Positions 9,975-19,213 of a DNA stretch of 64,000 nucleotides are shown in pieces. The position numbers were made by a program, and so were the translations under genes. The stretch is from Hyphomicrobium sp. Lineage in GTDB: Bacteria > Pseudomonadota > Alphaproteobacteria > Rhizobiales > Hyphomicrobiaceae. The stretch is from the NCBI GenBank assembly GCA_002928735.1, contig PERL01000017.1, forward strand, positions 1,882 to 65,881, in the 5' to 3' direction. Position 1 is the first letter of the stretch. Each line of letters begins with the position of its first letter. The notes beneath the pieces were generated by a model. The model saw only the letters and a list, made by a program, of their open reading frames with translations, did not search any database and was not told the origin of the DNA.

Positions 9975-10093
9975 CGGCAGTTTGATGCATGCGATGGCGC
10001 TCGCCGGTGAGCCGGCGGAGAACAGCCTCTTGATGCATGACGTCCTGGTGTCCGAAATCGAAAGGCCGGCCGCTCTCGCGCCGGCCTTTGCCG

Positions 10094-11050
10094 TTATGAC
10101 GCGTGGGCGTGCAGCCTGTCGTCCACATCGCGGCGCAGCTTCAGTTCCCGCGCAATATCCTCCGCCTCCCGCCGCGCAGCTGCCTCGCCGCGCGCGATGG
10201 CATCCTCCGCGCGGTGAAAGTCGAACAAACCAATCCCATGCAGGCGCGGGCTGATCAGTGAATCCGGCGGATCACCCGCGAGCCGCGAGCGCGCAATCCG
10301 GTCCTGCACGATGTTGAGGGCATCGACCATCACGGTTGAGATTCCCGGAGCATCGTCGCCCCGCCCGAACAATTGCCGCGTCAAAAGCCAGCGTGCGCCC
10401 ACACCCGATTTTTCGCTCTCGGCCGGGGCTTGGGGCGCCGCGGCTTCCTCGTGCTCGACCTGATTGACGATGGCGTTGGCCGCCGCCGAACGGCTCGAAA
10501 TATCATAGTTGAGATTGACAGCGATGACGTAGCGCGCGCCGAGCGCCCGGCACACCGAAACCGGAATGGGATTGACGAGTGCGCCATCGAAGAGCCAGCG
10601 GCCGTCGATTTTCACCGGCTTGAAGATACCCGGCAGCGCGTAAGAAGCGCGGATCGCATCCGCCAACCGCCCGCGCGACAGCCAGACTTCGTGTCCCGAT
10701 CCGATCTCGGTCGCAACCGCCGTGAAGCGCCGGTCGAGATCCTCGATGCGCCGGTCGCCCAGATGGCGCTCCAGCCGCTCGCACAGCTTCTGTCCCGAAA
10801 TCAACCCCGTTCCGGCGAGATTGAAATCGAGATACCCGAACACGCGCCGCTTCGTCAGGCTGCGCGCAAAATCTTCCAGATCGTCGAGTTGCCCGGCGAG
10901 ATGGCAGCCGCCAACGACTGCGCCAATGGACGTGCCCACGATGATGTCGGGCTTGATGCCGGCCGCCGCAAGTGCGCGGATCACACCGATGTGTGCCCAG
11001 CCGCGCGCCGCGCCGCCACCCAATGCCAAACCGATTTTTGCGCCCGCCAT
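10094..11050 (-). CDS. Patatin-like phospholipase
   Basis: ..GLALGGGAARGWAHIGV.. (oxyanion GGxR) and ..GTSIGAVVG.. (GxSxG) are present. The start is set at ATG 11050 (GGAG 8 nt upstream). The track ORF extends to 11113. Confidence 0.85.
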   Translation of the reverse strand: MAGAKIGLALGGGAARGWAHIGVIRALAAAGIKPDIIVGTSIGAVVGGCHLAGQLDDLEDFARSLTKRRVFGYLDFNLAGTGLISGQKLCERLERHLGDRRIEDLDRRFTAVATEIGSGHEVWLSRGRLADAIRASYALPGIFKPVKIDGRWLFDGALVNPIPVSVCRALGARYVIAVNLNYDISSRSAAANAIVNQVEHEEAAAPQAPAESEKSGVGARWLLTRQLFGRGDDAPGISTVMVDALNIVQDRIARSRLAGDPPDSLISPRLHGIGLFDFHRAEDAIARGEAAARREAEDIARELKLRRDVDDRLHAHAS

Positions 11051-11263
11051 CTGAGTGCTCCGACCGCTTGCGGAAGTCAGCCGGGAAGCAATGCCCGTGC
11101 CGCTCGCTGCCAAGAATGCATCACCCAGGGTGCCAGGAGGACATTAAGAGCGCCCTAGAAGATTGGTAAAATGATTACTGCGCCACGTTACGAAATGGTT
11201 CGTTTCGCGAAAAACCTGCGGTTGCTGCAATGCGTATTTTCGTGCTGCATTGCGCAATGCGCG

Positions 11264-11674
11264 CTAAGACCCGCGCGTCAAACGCGCGGAACCCGATTCA
11301 CCCACCGGCACAATCCGGTAAAAGCACGATCGCGCACCCGTATGGCAGGCGACGCCCGCCCCCTCCACGCGAACCTTCATCCAGATCGCATCTTGATCGC
11401 AGTCGACGCGCATTTCCGCGATCCGCAAGAGGTTGCCGCTTTCCTCGCCCTTCTTCCAAATCTTGGATCGCGAGCGGCTCCAGAAGTGCGCGATCCCCGT
11501 ATCGACGGTGAGGCGAAGCGCGTCCGCGTTCATCCAGGCAAGCATCAAGACGTCGCCCGTCGCCGCATCCGTCGCGACAGCCGCAATGAGGCCGTCGCGG
11601 TCAAAGCGCGGCATCAGGGTCGATCCCTGCTCAAGGTCGTCGGCCGGGGCGTCAGAGGGCGTCGGTTTGGGCAT
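11264..11674 (-). CDS. hisI: Phosphoribosyl-AMP cyclohydrolase
   Basis: ..[62 protein letters not shown].. matches HisI. Confidence 0.9.
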   Translation of the reverse strand: MPKPTPSDAPADDLEQGSTLMPRFDRDGLIAAVATDAATGDVLMLAWMNADALRLTVDTGIAHFWSRSRSKIWKKGEESGNLLRIAEMRVDCDQDAIWMKVRVEGAGVACHTGARSCFYRIVPVGESGSARLTRGS

Positions 11675-11751
11675 GGTGCCGTCCAGTTCGAATGCGCCTA
11701 TATATACATGGAGACCGGTTCGCCAATGGCGCCAACCGCGACGGAGACCGA

Positions 11752-12231
11752 ATGGCTGACCTTGACGACATCTACAACTTGAAAATTCTCGAACTGGCCG
11801 CCGCCATTCCCCACACCGGGGAACTGCCGTCTCCTGCCCTGCACGGGGAGGCCCATTCGAAGCTGTGCGGATCTACGGTCGCAGTCAGCCTGACGCTCGA
11901 CCCTGCCCACGACGTGATCACGGGCTTTGCCCAGATCGTCAAGGCGTGCCTCCTCGGCCAAGCCGCAGCCTCGATCGTTGGCCGCGAGATCATCGGCACC
12001 CCGGTCGCCGAATTCCGCGATGTGGCCGCCACCATGCGCCGCATGCTGAAAGAGAACGGTCCTGCCCCCACGGGCCGCTGGTCCGATCTGGCCCTGCTGG
12101 AGCCGGTCCGCGAGTACCGCCACCGCCACGCCTCCACCCTGCTGATCTTCGACGCCATCGAGCGCGCACTCGCCGCTGACGAGGGCGTCGCGCAGTCGGG
12201 CACGGCTGCCCCGCTGCGTAGCGCCGGTTGA
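11752..12231 (+). CDS. NifU/IscU-like iron-sulfur cluster scaffold protein
   Basis: ..[40 protein letters not shown].. is present. The start is set at ATG 11752; the track ORF starts at 11692. Confidence 0.65.
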   Translation: MADLDDIYNLKILELAAAIPHTGELPSPALHGEAHSKLCGSTVAVSLTLDPAHDVITGFAQIVKACLLGQAAASIVGREIIGTPVAEFRDVAATMRRMLKENGPAPTGRWSDLALLEPVREYRHRHASTLLIFDAIERALAADEGVAQSGTAAPLRSAG

Positions 12232-12551
12232 TCGCCGTGGCGCCGTTGGCCAAAGCGCTGCTCAAAGCTCCGGTCCACCTTTACCGGGCGACGCTCCGCC
12301 CGTGGATCGGCATGGAGTGCCGCCACGCACCCTCTTGCTCGGAGTACGCACTTGAAGCCATCGACAAAAACGGCGCTTGGAAGGGCTTCTGGCTGATGGT
12401 CTCACGGATTGCCCGTTGCCATCCCTGGGGCACCCATGGCTACGATCCGGTGCCGGACCTCACCGCCGAGCGCCACCCATTGACACCTTGGCGCTACGGC
12501 CGCTGGCGGCGCGTCAACCGTCCACGCCAAGAGCCGCAAAAGGCGCCTTAA
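12228..12551 (+). CDS. yidD: Membrane protein insertion efficiency factor
   Basis: ..YRATLRPWIGMECRHAPSCSEYALEAI..GAWKG.WL...RI.RCHPWG.HGYDPVP.. is the YidD signature. Confidence 0.85.
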   Translation: MIAVAPLAKALLKAPVHLYRATLRPWIGMECRHAPSCSEYALEAIDKNGAWKGFWLMVSRIARCHPWGTHGYDPVPDLTAERHPLTPWRYGRWRRVNRPRQEPQKAP

Positions 12552-13033
12552 GCCGCCGTCGGCACGGCCTCAATCGCCGGCACCACGGGGGCGGCCGGCA
12601 TTTCGAGGGTTGCGAACCGTTCGGCTTCCGGCGGCGCATAGACCGTCTCGCGGCCCAGTTCCACCACCGTCGCGCAGAAGTCGACGAGCGAGTCGAACGC
12701 GCGCTGCGCGACGTACTCGAACGCCTTCATCTCCCACACCGAACTGGCTTGCAGCAGCTGGCCCTGCAACATCGTCTTCACCGTGATTTCCGGGCAGGCA
12801 TCGCTCTTCAGGAGCGCGGCCACATGCGGCGCCAAAGGCCCCGTCGGCTGCGGCATGGAGGCGGGAAAGCCGTTCGAATAGGCCGATCGCTTGAAGAGAT
12901 TTTCCGACGCGAACAAATCCTCAAGCTTCGTCTTCAAAGCCGGATCAACAATCGCCAGCACCTGGATGCACGGCCGGTTCCGGCCCTGCACGACGACCAT
13001 CCCCTTACGAATGAGTAACTTCGGCGCTTGCAT
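12548..13033 (-). CDS. Hypothetical protein
   Basis: 161-aa ORF from ATG 13033 with protein-like composition. I recognise no family. Confidence 0.45.
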   Translation of the reverse strand: MQAPKLLIRKGMVVVQGRNRPCIQVLAIVDPALKTKLEDLFASENLFKRSAYSNGFPASMPQPTGPLAPHVAALLKSDACPEITVKTMLQGQLLQASSVWEMKAFEYVAQRAFDSLVDFCATVVELGRETVYAPPEAERFATLEMPAAPVVPAIEAVPTAA

Positions 13034-13301
13034 GCGTGATCCCCAACTGTGCCGGCGCAACCAAAGGAGCGCGCATCAGCAAGCCCCAAACTAGCGGCCA
13101 ATGGTGAAGGAAGCCGGCGGGAACTCGATAAATTTTTATCGATCGGGCCGGCAGCGCCCCCGCAAATCCGCCCGCCCCCTGCCGACGCCGGCAGGAAACG
13201 GCCTCTGCGATCTTGACATCTCCCGTCCCCCGGCGGCATGACACGCTCCACATCGTCTTACGCCGCACCCGTATGCGGCGAGTGAGCAACAGGAGAGCGA
13301 G

Positions 13302-15248
13302 ATGACCAACGTCACTTTGACGTTCCCCGACGGCGCTGAGCGGTCCGTCGCCAAAGGCACCACCGGCCTCGACGTCGCCAAATCCATCTCCCCCTCGCTC
13401 GCCAAGCGCACCGTCGCCATGCAACTCGACGGCGTCTTGACCGACTTGGCCGACCCCATCCAATCCGACGCGACAATCAACTTCGTCTCGCGCACCGATC
13501 CCGCAGCACTTGAGCTGATCCGGCACGACGCCGCCCACGTGATGGCCGAAGCCGTCCAAGCCCTCTGGCCCGGCACTCAGGTCACCATCGGCCCCGTGAT
13601 CGACAACGGCTTCTATTACGACTTCGCCAAAGCCGAACCCTTCCTCCCCGAGGACATTGCGAAGATCGAAAAAAAGATGGCCGAGATCATCGCCAAGAAC
13701 CAGCCCTTCACCAAGGAAGTCTGGTCGCGCGACAAGGCGAAGGACACGTTTGCCAAGATGGGCGAGGGCTTCAAGGTCGAACTCGTCGACGCCATCCCCG
13801 AAGGCCAGGACTTGAAGATTTACCGCCAAGGCACCTGGTTCGACCTATGCCGCGGCCCGCACATGACCTCCACCGGCGCCATCGGCAAGGCGTTCAAGCT
13901 GATGAAATTCGCCGGCGCCTACTGGCGCGGGGATTCCACACGTCCCCAGCTCCAGCGCATCTACGGCACCGCCTGGGCCACCGAAGACGAATTGAAAGCC
14001 TACCTGCATCAGCTCGAAGAAGCCGAAAAGCGCGACCACCGCAAACTCGGACGTGAAATGGACCTCTTCCACTTCCAGGAAGAAGCACCCGGCTCAGTCT
14101 TCTGGCACCCCAAGGGCTGGACGCTCTTCCAGACTCTCATTGCCTACATGCGCCGCGCCCAACAACGCGCCGGCTACATGGAAGTGAACTCCCCCGACAT
14201 GATGGAGAAGCACTTCTGGGAGCTCTCCGGCCACTGGGAGAACTACGGCGAGAACATGTTTACGACCACGCTCCCCGACGAGCGCGTGTTCTGCTGCAAG
14301 CCGATGAACTGCCCCGGCCACGTGCAGATCTACAAGCACGGCCTCAAGAGCTACCGCGACTTGCCGCTGAAGATCGCCGAATTCGGCAAGGTCCACCGCT
14401 ACGAACCCTCCGGCGCGCTGCACGGCATGCTGCGCGTGCGCCACTTCACGCAAGACGACGCGCACATCTTCATCACCGAAAATCAGATCATGGAGGAATG
14501 CCTCAAGATCAACGATCTGATGCTCGCGATCTACAAAGACTTCGGCTTCGAAGACATCCACATCAAGCTCTCCACGCGGCCTGAAAAGCGCGTCGGCGCC
14601 GATGAACTGTGGGACAAGGCTGAAAAAGCGCTGGGCGACGTGCTGGACGAAGTGAAGCGCCGCTCCAACGGCCGCATCCGCACCGAACTCCAGCCGGGCG
14701 AAGGCGCGTTCTACGGCCCCAAACTTGAATACACGCTCAAAGACGCCATCGGCCGCGAATGGCAGTGCGGCACCACGCAGGTGGATTTCAATCTGGCCGG
14801 CCGCCTAGGCGCATTCTACATCGACGAGAACTCGGACAAGAAAACGCCGGTGATGATCCACCGCGCCATGTTCGGTTCGCTCGAACGCTTCACCGGCATC
14901 CTCATCGAAAACTTCGCCGGCCACTTCCCGCTCTGGCTCGCGCCCCTGCAAGTCGTCGTCGCCACCATAACGAGCGAAGCCGACCCCTACGCGCACGAAG
15001 TGGTCAACGCCTTGAAAGCCGCCGGCCTGCGCGTTGAACCTGATCTGCGCAACGAAAAGATCGGCTACAAAGTCCGCGAACACTCCCTCGCCAAAGTCCC
15101 CGTGATCCTAGCCGTGGGCTTGCGCGACGCCGAGAGCCGCAACGTCTCCATCCGCCGCCTCGGCAGCCAAGAGCAAACAGTCCTATCCCTCCCCGACGCC
15201 ATCGCCACCCTGAAGGACGAATCCACCCCGCCAGATTTGCGGGGCTAG
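13302..15248 (+). CDS. thrS: Threonine--tRNA ligase
   Basis: 648 aa with the TGS domain, editing domain, class II core (..CRGPH..; ..[11 protein letters not shown]..; ..[13 protein letters not shown]..) and anticodon-binding domain. Confidence 0.97.
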   Translation: MTNVTLTFPDGAERSVAKGTTGLDVAKSISPSLAKRTVAMQLDGVLTDLADPIQSDATINFVSRTDPAALELIRHDAAHVMAEAVQALWPGTQVTIGPVIDNGFYYDFAKAEPFLPEDIAKIEKKMAEIIAKNQPFTKEVWSRDKAKDTFAKMGEGFKVELVDAIPEGQDLKIYRQGTWFDLCRGPHMTSTGAIGKAFKLMKFAGAYWRGDSTRPQLQRIYGTAWATEDELKAYLHQLEEAEKRDHRKLGREMDLFHFQEEAPGSVFWHPKGWTLFQTLIAYMRRAQQRAGYMEVNSPDMMEKHFWELSGHWENYGENMFTTTLPDERVFCCKPMNCPGHVQIYKHGLKSYRDLPLKIAEFGKVHRYEPSGALHGMLRVRHFTQDDAHIFITENQIMEECLKINDLMLAIYKDFGFEDIHIKLSTRPEKRVGADELWDKAEKALGDVLDEVKRRSNGRIRTELQPGEGAFYGPKLEYTLKDAIGREWQCGTTQVDFNLAGRLGAFYIDENSDKKTPVMIHRAMFGSLERFTGILIENFAGHFPLWLAPLQVVVATITSEADPYAHEVVNALKAAGLRVEPDLRNEKIGYKVREHSLAKVPVILAVGLRDAESRNVSIRRLGSQEQTVLSLPDAIATLKDESTPPDLRG

Positions 15249-15261
15249 AGGTCAATCTTCT

Positions 15262-15990
15262 ATGCACGCCGAAGATCTATTGAAGCGTCAGCTGGAGGCC
15301 ATCGCGGACGCTCTTTCAATCATCTGCAGCATCAAATCGACGGTCGACATTGTTATGTTTTCTCCCCTACTAGCGGAACAAGTGGGGCGAAGTTGCGCCG
15401 CTCATGCCTTCAACTCTTTTCAGCAGGCACTATTTGAAAGTGTCATCATTCGCTTGCTAGCCCTATGGGAAAAGCCGCAGAAGACAGAAGAGTCACTTTC
15501 AAACAGTTTCCCGGCTGTGGTTTCGTTGATTTCTCGCCCTGAGGTCAGCGAAATCATACATTCGTCTTGCCGGGCACGCATGCGCGATAATTGGCGAAAT
15601 TTGGGTGGGCTATCTGATGTTGCTTTGGAGAAGATCGCAACTGACAAGAGCGCTCGTGTCGCAAATCAAGCAATGAACAAGCTGGCCGAATTGATCAACG
15701 AAATTCGCGCTCAAGAAGTGTGTCCAGAGAAAGAGGCACTAGAAAATTTTCGCCACAAGCACATTGCGCACCTGATCGAGCAGACACGGCGGGAGGTTAA
15801 GAGAGGGTCGCCGATACCGTTCCCAAAGTGTGAAGCCGTTGATAATTTACTCCGCAAGAGTTTGCGATTTCATTCAGAGCTAAGTTCAGTCATTTTGGGG
15901 GTGCAAGTCATTTGGGAGCCCTGGATTGAAAGTTGCGATCGAAACGCCGCCTTTCTTTGGAAGGGGTGCAAAATTAATCCGGTCGGATAG
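15262..15990 (+). CDS. Low-GC orphan protein with a HEPN-type R-x-K-x-x-A-H motif (AbiU2-like candidate)
   Basis: 242-aa ORF starting 14 nt after thrS. My hand count of the first 200 nt gives about 50% G+C against clearly over 60% in the flanks. It carries ..ENFRHKHIAHLIEQ.. about two-thirds along a helical-looking protein. Confidence 0.6.
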   Translation: MHAEDLLKRQLEAIADALSIICSIKSTVDIVMFSPLLAEQVGRSCAAHAFNSFQQALFESVIIRLLALWEKPQKTEESLSNSFPAVVSLISRPEVSEIIHSSCRARMRDNWRNLGGLSDVALEKIATDKSARVANQAMNKLAELINEIRAQEVCPEKEALENFRHKHIAHLIEQTRREVKRGSPIPFPKCEAVDNLLRKSLRFHSELSSVILGVQVIWEPWIESCDRNAAFLWKGCKINPVG

Positions 15991-16068
15991 TCGCGCTGTC
16001 TGGCATCAGTCGGCAATGCATGAATAGTAGTTTCACTTCGTCAGTTTTGGGAGGGCATACCCACCGCT

Positions 16069-16100
16069 GTCATCCCGGCGAAGGCCGGGACCCGTGCAAG
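16069..16100 (+). repeat. REP-like palindromic element, copy 1 (gtcatcccggcgaaggccgggacccgtgcaag)
   Basis: Perfect 32-nt direct repeat of 16298-16329, containing the hairpin tcccggc-gaa-gccggga. Confidence 0.85.
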
Positions 16101-16133
16101 CTTCAATCAATCAACTAAACCGCAACCTTGCGC

Positions 16134-16158
16134 GGATCCCCGCCTTCGCGGGGATGAC
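16134..16158 (-). repeat. REP-like palindromic element, inverted variant
   Basis: ggatccccgccttcgcggggatgac is the reverse complement of the gtcatcccCgcgaaggCggggatcc variant of the same family. Confidence 0.75.
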
Positions 16159-16196
16159 GTTTGAGGGTGTGCCACCACCCTCGCCACCCCACATCT

Positions 16197-16246
16197 GTCA
16201 TCCCGGGCCTTGCCTGCCCCGTCGCAGGCAGGGGTCCCGAGGACCC
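16197..16246 (+). repeat. REP-like element, extended variant
   Basis: It starts gtcatcccggg and ends ggtcccgaggaccc, with an internal cctgcc/ggcagg hairpin. It shares the 5' consensus with the other copies. Confidence 0.6.
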
Positions 16247-16297
16247 ATCGCGCAACAGCGTGTGTCTCACCGCAGCGCCACCGCTCCCCCCAACCCC

Positions 16298-16329
16298 GTC
16301 ATCCCGGCGAAGGCCGGGACCCGTGCAAG
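16298..16329 (+). repeat. REP-like palindromic element, copy 2
   Basis: Identical 32-mer to 16069-16100, 25 nt upstream of the GIY-YIG start codon. Confidence 0.85.
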
Positions 16330-16353
16330 TTAGCCTCATGCTATCGTTGTGCC

Positions 16354-16683
16354 ATGAAGAGGCCCTGCGTCTACATCCTCGTCAACCGCCCTCACGGCAC
16401 ATTCTACGTCGGCGTGACGAGCGCTTTGGCGCAAAGGATGTCCACCCACGTGCAGGGACTGTTCGATGGTTTCACGAAGAAGCACGCCATCAAGATGCTC
16501 GTGTACTACGAGATGCACGAGACGATGGACGCTGCCATTGGACGAGAGAAGGCGCTGAAGCGGTGGAATCGTGCGTGGAAAGTGCGGCTCATCGAGCAGA
16601 TGAACCCGAATTGGCGCAATCTGTTCGATCCAACGACGGGCGAGATCGCATTCGGAGATGCGGATATCGACTCGCCAAAATGA
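16354..16683 (+). CDS. Stand-alone GIY-YIG nuclease family protein
   Basis: ..VYILVNRPHGTFYVGVTSALAQRMSTH.....MLVYYE....MDAAIGREKALKRWNRAWK.. covers the GIY..YVG, R, E and N motifs. The start is at ATG 16354; the upstream part of the track ORF is just translated repeats. Confidence 0.85.
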   Translation: MKRPCVYILVNRPHGTFYVGVTSALAQRMSTHVQGLFDGFTKKHAIKMLVYYEMHETMDAAIGREKALKRWNRAWKVRLIEQMNPNWRNLFDPTTGEIAFGDADIDSPK

Positions 16684-16708
16684 ACTGTCGTTGTGTGGCC
16701 CGTTGCAC

Positions 16709-16733
16709 GGATCCCGGCCTGCGCCGGGATGAC
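16709..16733 (-). repeat. REP-like palindromic element, inverted variant downstream of GIY-YIG
   Basis: ggatcccggcctgcgccgggatgac is the reverse complement of gtcatcccggcgcaggccgggatcc. Confidence 0.75.
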
Positions 16734-16763
16734 GTTCGCGGATGGACGAGGTTCGTGCCCCCC

Positions 16764-17312
16764 CTAAATCTCACCCTTCAAGCCCTTCTCGAAATACTTG
16801 TGAATGACCTTGTCCTGGTTCTCGAGCAGCCAGTCGATGGAGGGCTCGGAGCGCATGGCCTTGGTGATGGCCAGTGTGGTCGCCTTGCGGTGGATCTCGA
16901 AGAGGATTTTATGATCGAGCTTATCGTCGGTCGCCACCGACGGATTGAGCCACACCGAAACGATGATGCCCAGATCGTTGGCTTTGTCGCGCGGGATCAC
17001 GCCCGAACGCACGCTGTCGAGCACACCCATGGCGGTCGCATACTGAACCGTGCCCATGAGGATGCTCGTGTAGCGCTCGTTATCGACCGAGACCTTGGAC
17101 ACGCAAATCGTCGGCGGCCGCACCATCACGTCGGTGTTGAGCAGCGCCAGCACGCGTGAGTGGCCAACCACCTGATTGCCGAGCAGGTTGGCGAACGCCG
17201 TCCCCATCGGCCCGTCCATTTCGCCAATCGCCACTTCCGGTTCGGCCGCCGTTCCGGGCGGTCCGCCGGCCACGAGGCTTTCACCGATGCGCATGATGAT
17301 CCGATCGCTCAT
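16764..17312 (-). CDS. Formaldehyde-activating enzyme (Fae) family protein
   Basis: It is colinear with Fae as I recall it (..IGESLVAGG..GPMGTAFANLLGN..LALLN..KVSVDN..GTVQYATAMGVLDSVRSGVIP..ANDL...V.V....DD.K..). Whether it is a true Fae or a Fae-like paralogue cannot be told. Confidence 0.75.
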   Translation of the reverse strand: MSDRIIMRIGESLVAGGPPGTAAEPEVAIGEMDGPMGTAFANLLGNQVVGHSRVLALLNTDVMVRPPTICVSKVSVDNERYTSILMGTVQYATAMGVLDSVRSGVIPRDKANDLGIIVSVWLNPSVATDDKLDHKILFEIHRKATTLAITKAMRSEPSIDWLLENQDKVIHKYFEKGLKGEI

Positions 17313-17387
17313 TGTCGCTCCTTGCTCATTGAGCGATCACGCTATCACGGCTTTACGTCTGACGTGAACCCCGCGGTCACGACCGCC

Positions 17388-18104
17388 TCATAGCCCATAA
17401 ATAAACCGCACCAACCCCTCGGGCATCCGCTCCAGCACGAACGCTTCCCAATCCGACATCAGCCCGGTGAGAAACGCGATGCCGAGCACGATCAGCAACC
17501 CGCCGAGCGCCGGCTTCAGCCAGCGGTTCGCCGTCATCAGCGCGCCACGGTTTTTCATAAAGGCGTCGCGCGAAACCAACATGATCCCAAGCAACGGCGT
17601 CACGGTTCCAAGCGCGAAAGCAAACATCACGGTCGCCGCATACCCGATCGACTGCCCCTGCGCGGCCAGCGCAATCGCAGCCCCCAACGTCGGGCCGACA
17701 CACGGCGTCCACACCGCGCCGAGGATCGCACCGAGCGCAAACTGTCCACTCAACCCGTCTGGCGAATAATTGGAAACCCGCGTCTGCAATCCGCCCGTTG
17801 CCACCGATGCGGCAATCGCAAACCGCTGCTGCAACGACGCCGACAGCAGAATCGCACCAAGCCCGATCATCAAGACGGCCGCAATATGGTTCAGCACCTG
17901 CGGCGTCAAGCCAATCGCAAACCCAGCGGTCGCCACCAGCAATCCAAACCCCGTGAATGCAATCACGAGCCCCGCCGCCAGAGCATAAGGGCCATACTTA
18001 TGCGACGACAGCGCGCCGCCCAGCACGATGGGCAAGAGCGGCAGAATGCACGGCGACAAAATCGTCACCACGCCCGCGAGATAGGCGATCAGAAAATTGG
18101 TCAT
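17388..18104 (-). CDS. ccdA: Cytochrome c biogenesis protein CcdA / DsbD-type thiol-disulfide transporter
   Basis: Six-TM ORF with the ..LSPCILPLLP.. and ..WTPCVGP.. cysteine motifs. Confidence 0.85.
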   Translation of the reverse strand: MTNFLIAYLAGVVTILSPCILPLLPIVLGGALSSHKYGPYALAAGLVIAFTGFGLLVATAGFAIGLTPQVLNHIAAVLMIGLGAILLSASLQQRFAIAASVATGGLQTRVSNYSPDGLSGQFALGAILGAVWTPCVGPTLGAAIALAAQGQSIGYAATVMFAFALGTVTPLLGIMLVSRDAFMKNRGALMTANRWLKPALGGLLIVLGIAFLTGLMSDWEAFVLERMPEGLVRFIYGL

Positions 18105-18170
18105 GACAGGGTCTCAAGTGGGGAGGGAGGAGACAGCGGCGCAATCAAAGCCGCGCCGCTGCCGGTGCGC

Positions 18171-18596
18171 TTAAGCGCCCTTGCCGATGGCCGCGACGAT
18201 CGCATCGGCATCCGTCTCGCCCACGATCCGCGCCACTTCCTGCGCGCCCTTGTAAACGATGATCGTGCTCTGCTTCACGGCCTTGAAGCGCTCGACAGGT
18301 GCCGCATCACCCTGGAAATCGACCGTCACAAACGTGGCCTTCGGGAACTTTTCTTTCGCAGCTTTGAGGCCCGGCTGCTGCGCCGCGCACGTCGGGCAGC
18401 CCTTCTTGAAGACTTCGACCACGATGTGCTGGTTGTCGGCCTGCGCCTTGTCGAACATGGCCATCTCGTAGGTGGCCTTCTGCTCCATCGCAATCACGGG
18501 CGCCGAAAAGGCAAGCGCCAACCCGGCGAGGGCAGCAGCAGCGGTAACTTTAAGAGCGTTCATGGACGTTTTCTCCTGTAAACCAATGGGAGGCAC
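18171..18596 (-). CDS. Secreted thioredoxin-fold protein
   Basis: Signal peptide plus a ..KKGCPTCAAQ.. CxxC motif, immediately upstream of ccdA. Confidence 0.8.
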   Translation of the reverse strand: MPPIGLQEKTSMNALKVTAAAALAGLALAFSAPVIAMEQKATYEMAMFDKAQADNQHIVVEVFKKGCPTCAAQQPGLKAAKEKFPKATFVTVDFQGDAAPVERFKAVKQSTIIVYKGAQEVARIVGETDADAIVAAIGKGA

Positions 18597-18745
18597 CGGG
18601 GCCTCAATTGGCTATACGGAGCCACCGCGGCCAGGTTTCAGCCGCTCCCGGTACGTAAGACTGCGCAGCGTGGTCCTTACCCGCCCAACATAGCCAAGGC
18701 GCTGCCGGGAAACCGTCACCATCCCGATCGATAGCTGGACACACG

Positions 18746-19213
18746 ATGATGCCCCATCAACCCTACAGTTATCGGTCCGATCCGGCAGTGCCGGCCTTCG
18801 ACGACGGTGAACCGCTCATCATTTTCGACGGGCACTGTGTGCTGTGTTCGTCCGGCGTGCAGTTCATGCTCGCCCGCGATCCAAATGGCACCTCGCGCTT
18901 CGCCGCCATTCAAGAGCCGGTGCCGCAGGCGCTCTATCGTCACTACGGCCTCGATGCAGACCGCTTCGACACCTTCATGGTGCTCAGCGGCGGGATCCCT
19001 CACGTGAAGTGGCAAGGCGTTCTCGCAGCCGCCCTCACGATGCCAGCGCCGTGGCGCTGGCTCGCCGCACCCGGCCGCCTCGTTCCCAACATCATTGGAG
19101 ACCGGCTGTACGATTGGGTCCAGCGCAACCGCATCGGCTGGTTCGGCGCGCGCGAGACGTGCTTCCGGCCGGACACGCGCACGCTGGCCCGTCGGCTCCC
19201 GCCAACAGCCTAG
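18746..19213 (+). CDS. Thiol-disulfide oxidoreductase DCC (DUF393) family protein
   Basis: ..IIFDGHCVLCSSGVQFMLARD.. is the DxxCxxC signature of the family. Confidence 0.8.
   Translation: MMPHQPYSYRSDPAVPAFDDGEPLIIFDGHCVLCSSGVQFMLARDPNGTSRFAAIQEPVPQALYRHYGLDADRFDTFMVLSGGIPHVKWQGVLAAALTMPAPWRWLAAPGRLVPNIIGDRLYDWVQRNRIGWFGARETCFRPDTRTLARRLPPTA

Noticed and set aside
16094-17159. ORFs 16094-16333, 16115-16339 and 16161-17159 across the repeat cluster
   Set aside because: Their sequences (..PAFAGMT.., ..VIPAKAGTRAS.., ..DPGLRRDD..) are simply translations of the REP-like palindromes. The 332-aa ORF is antisense to the Fae-family gene.
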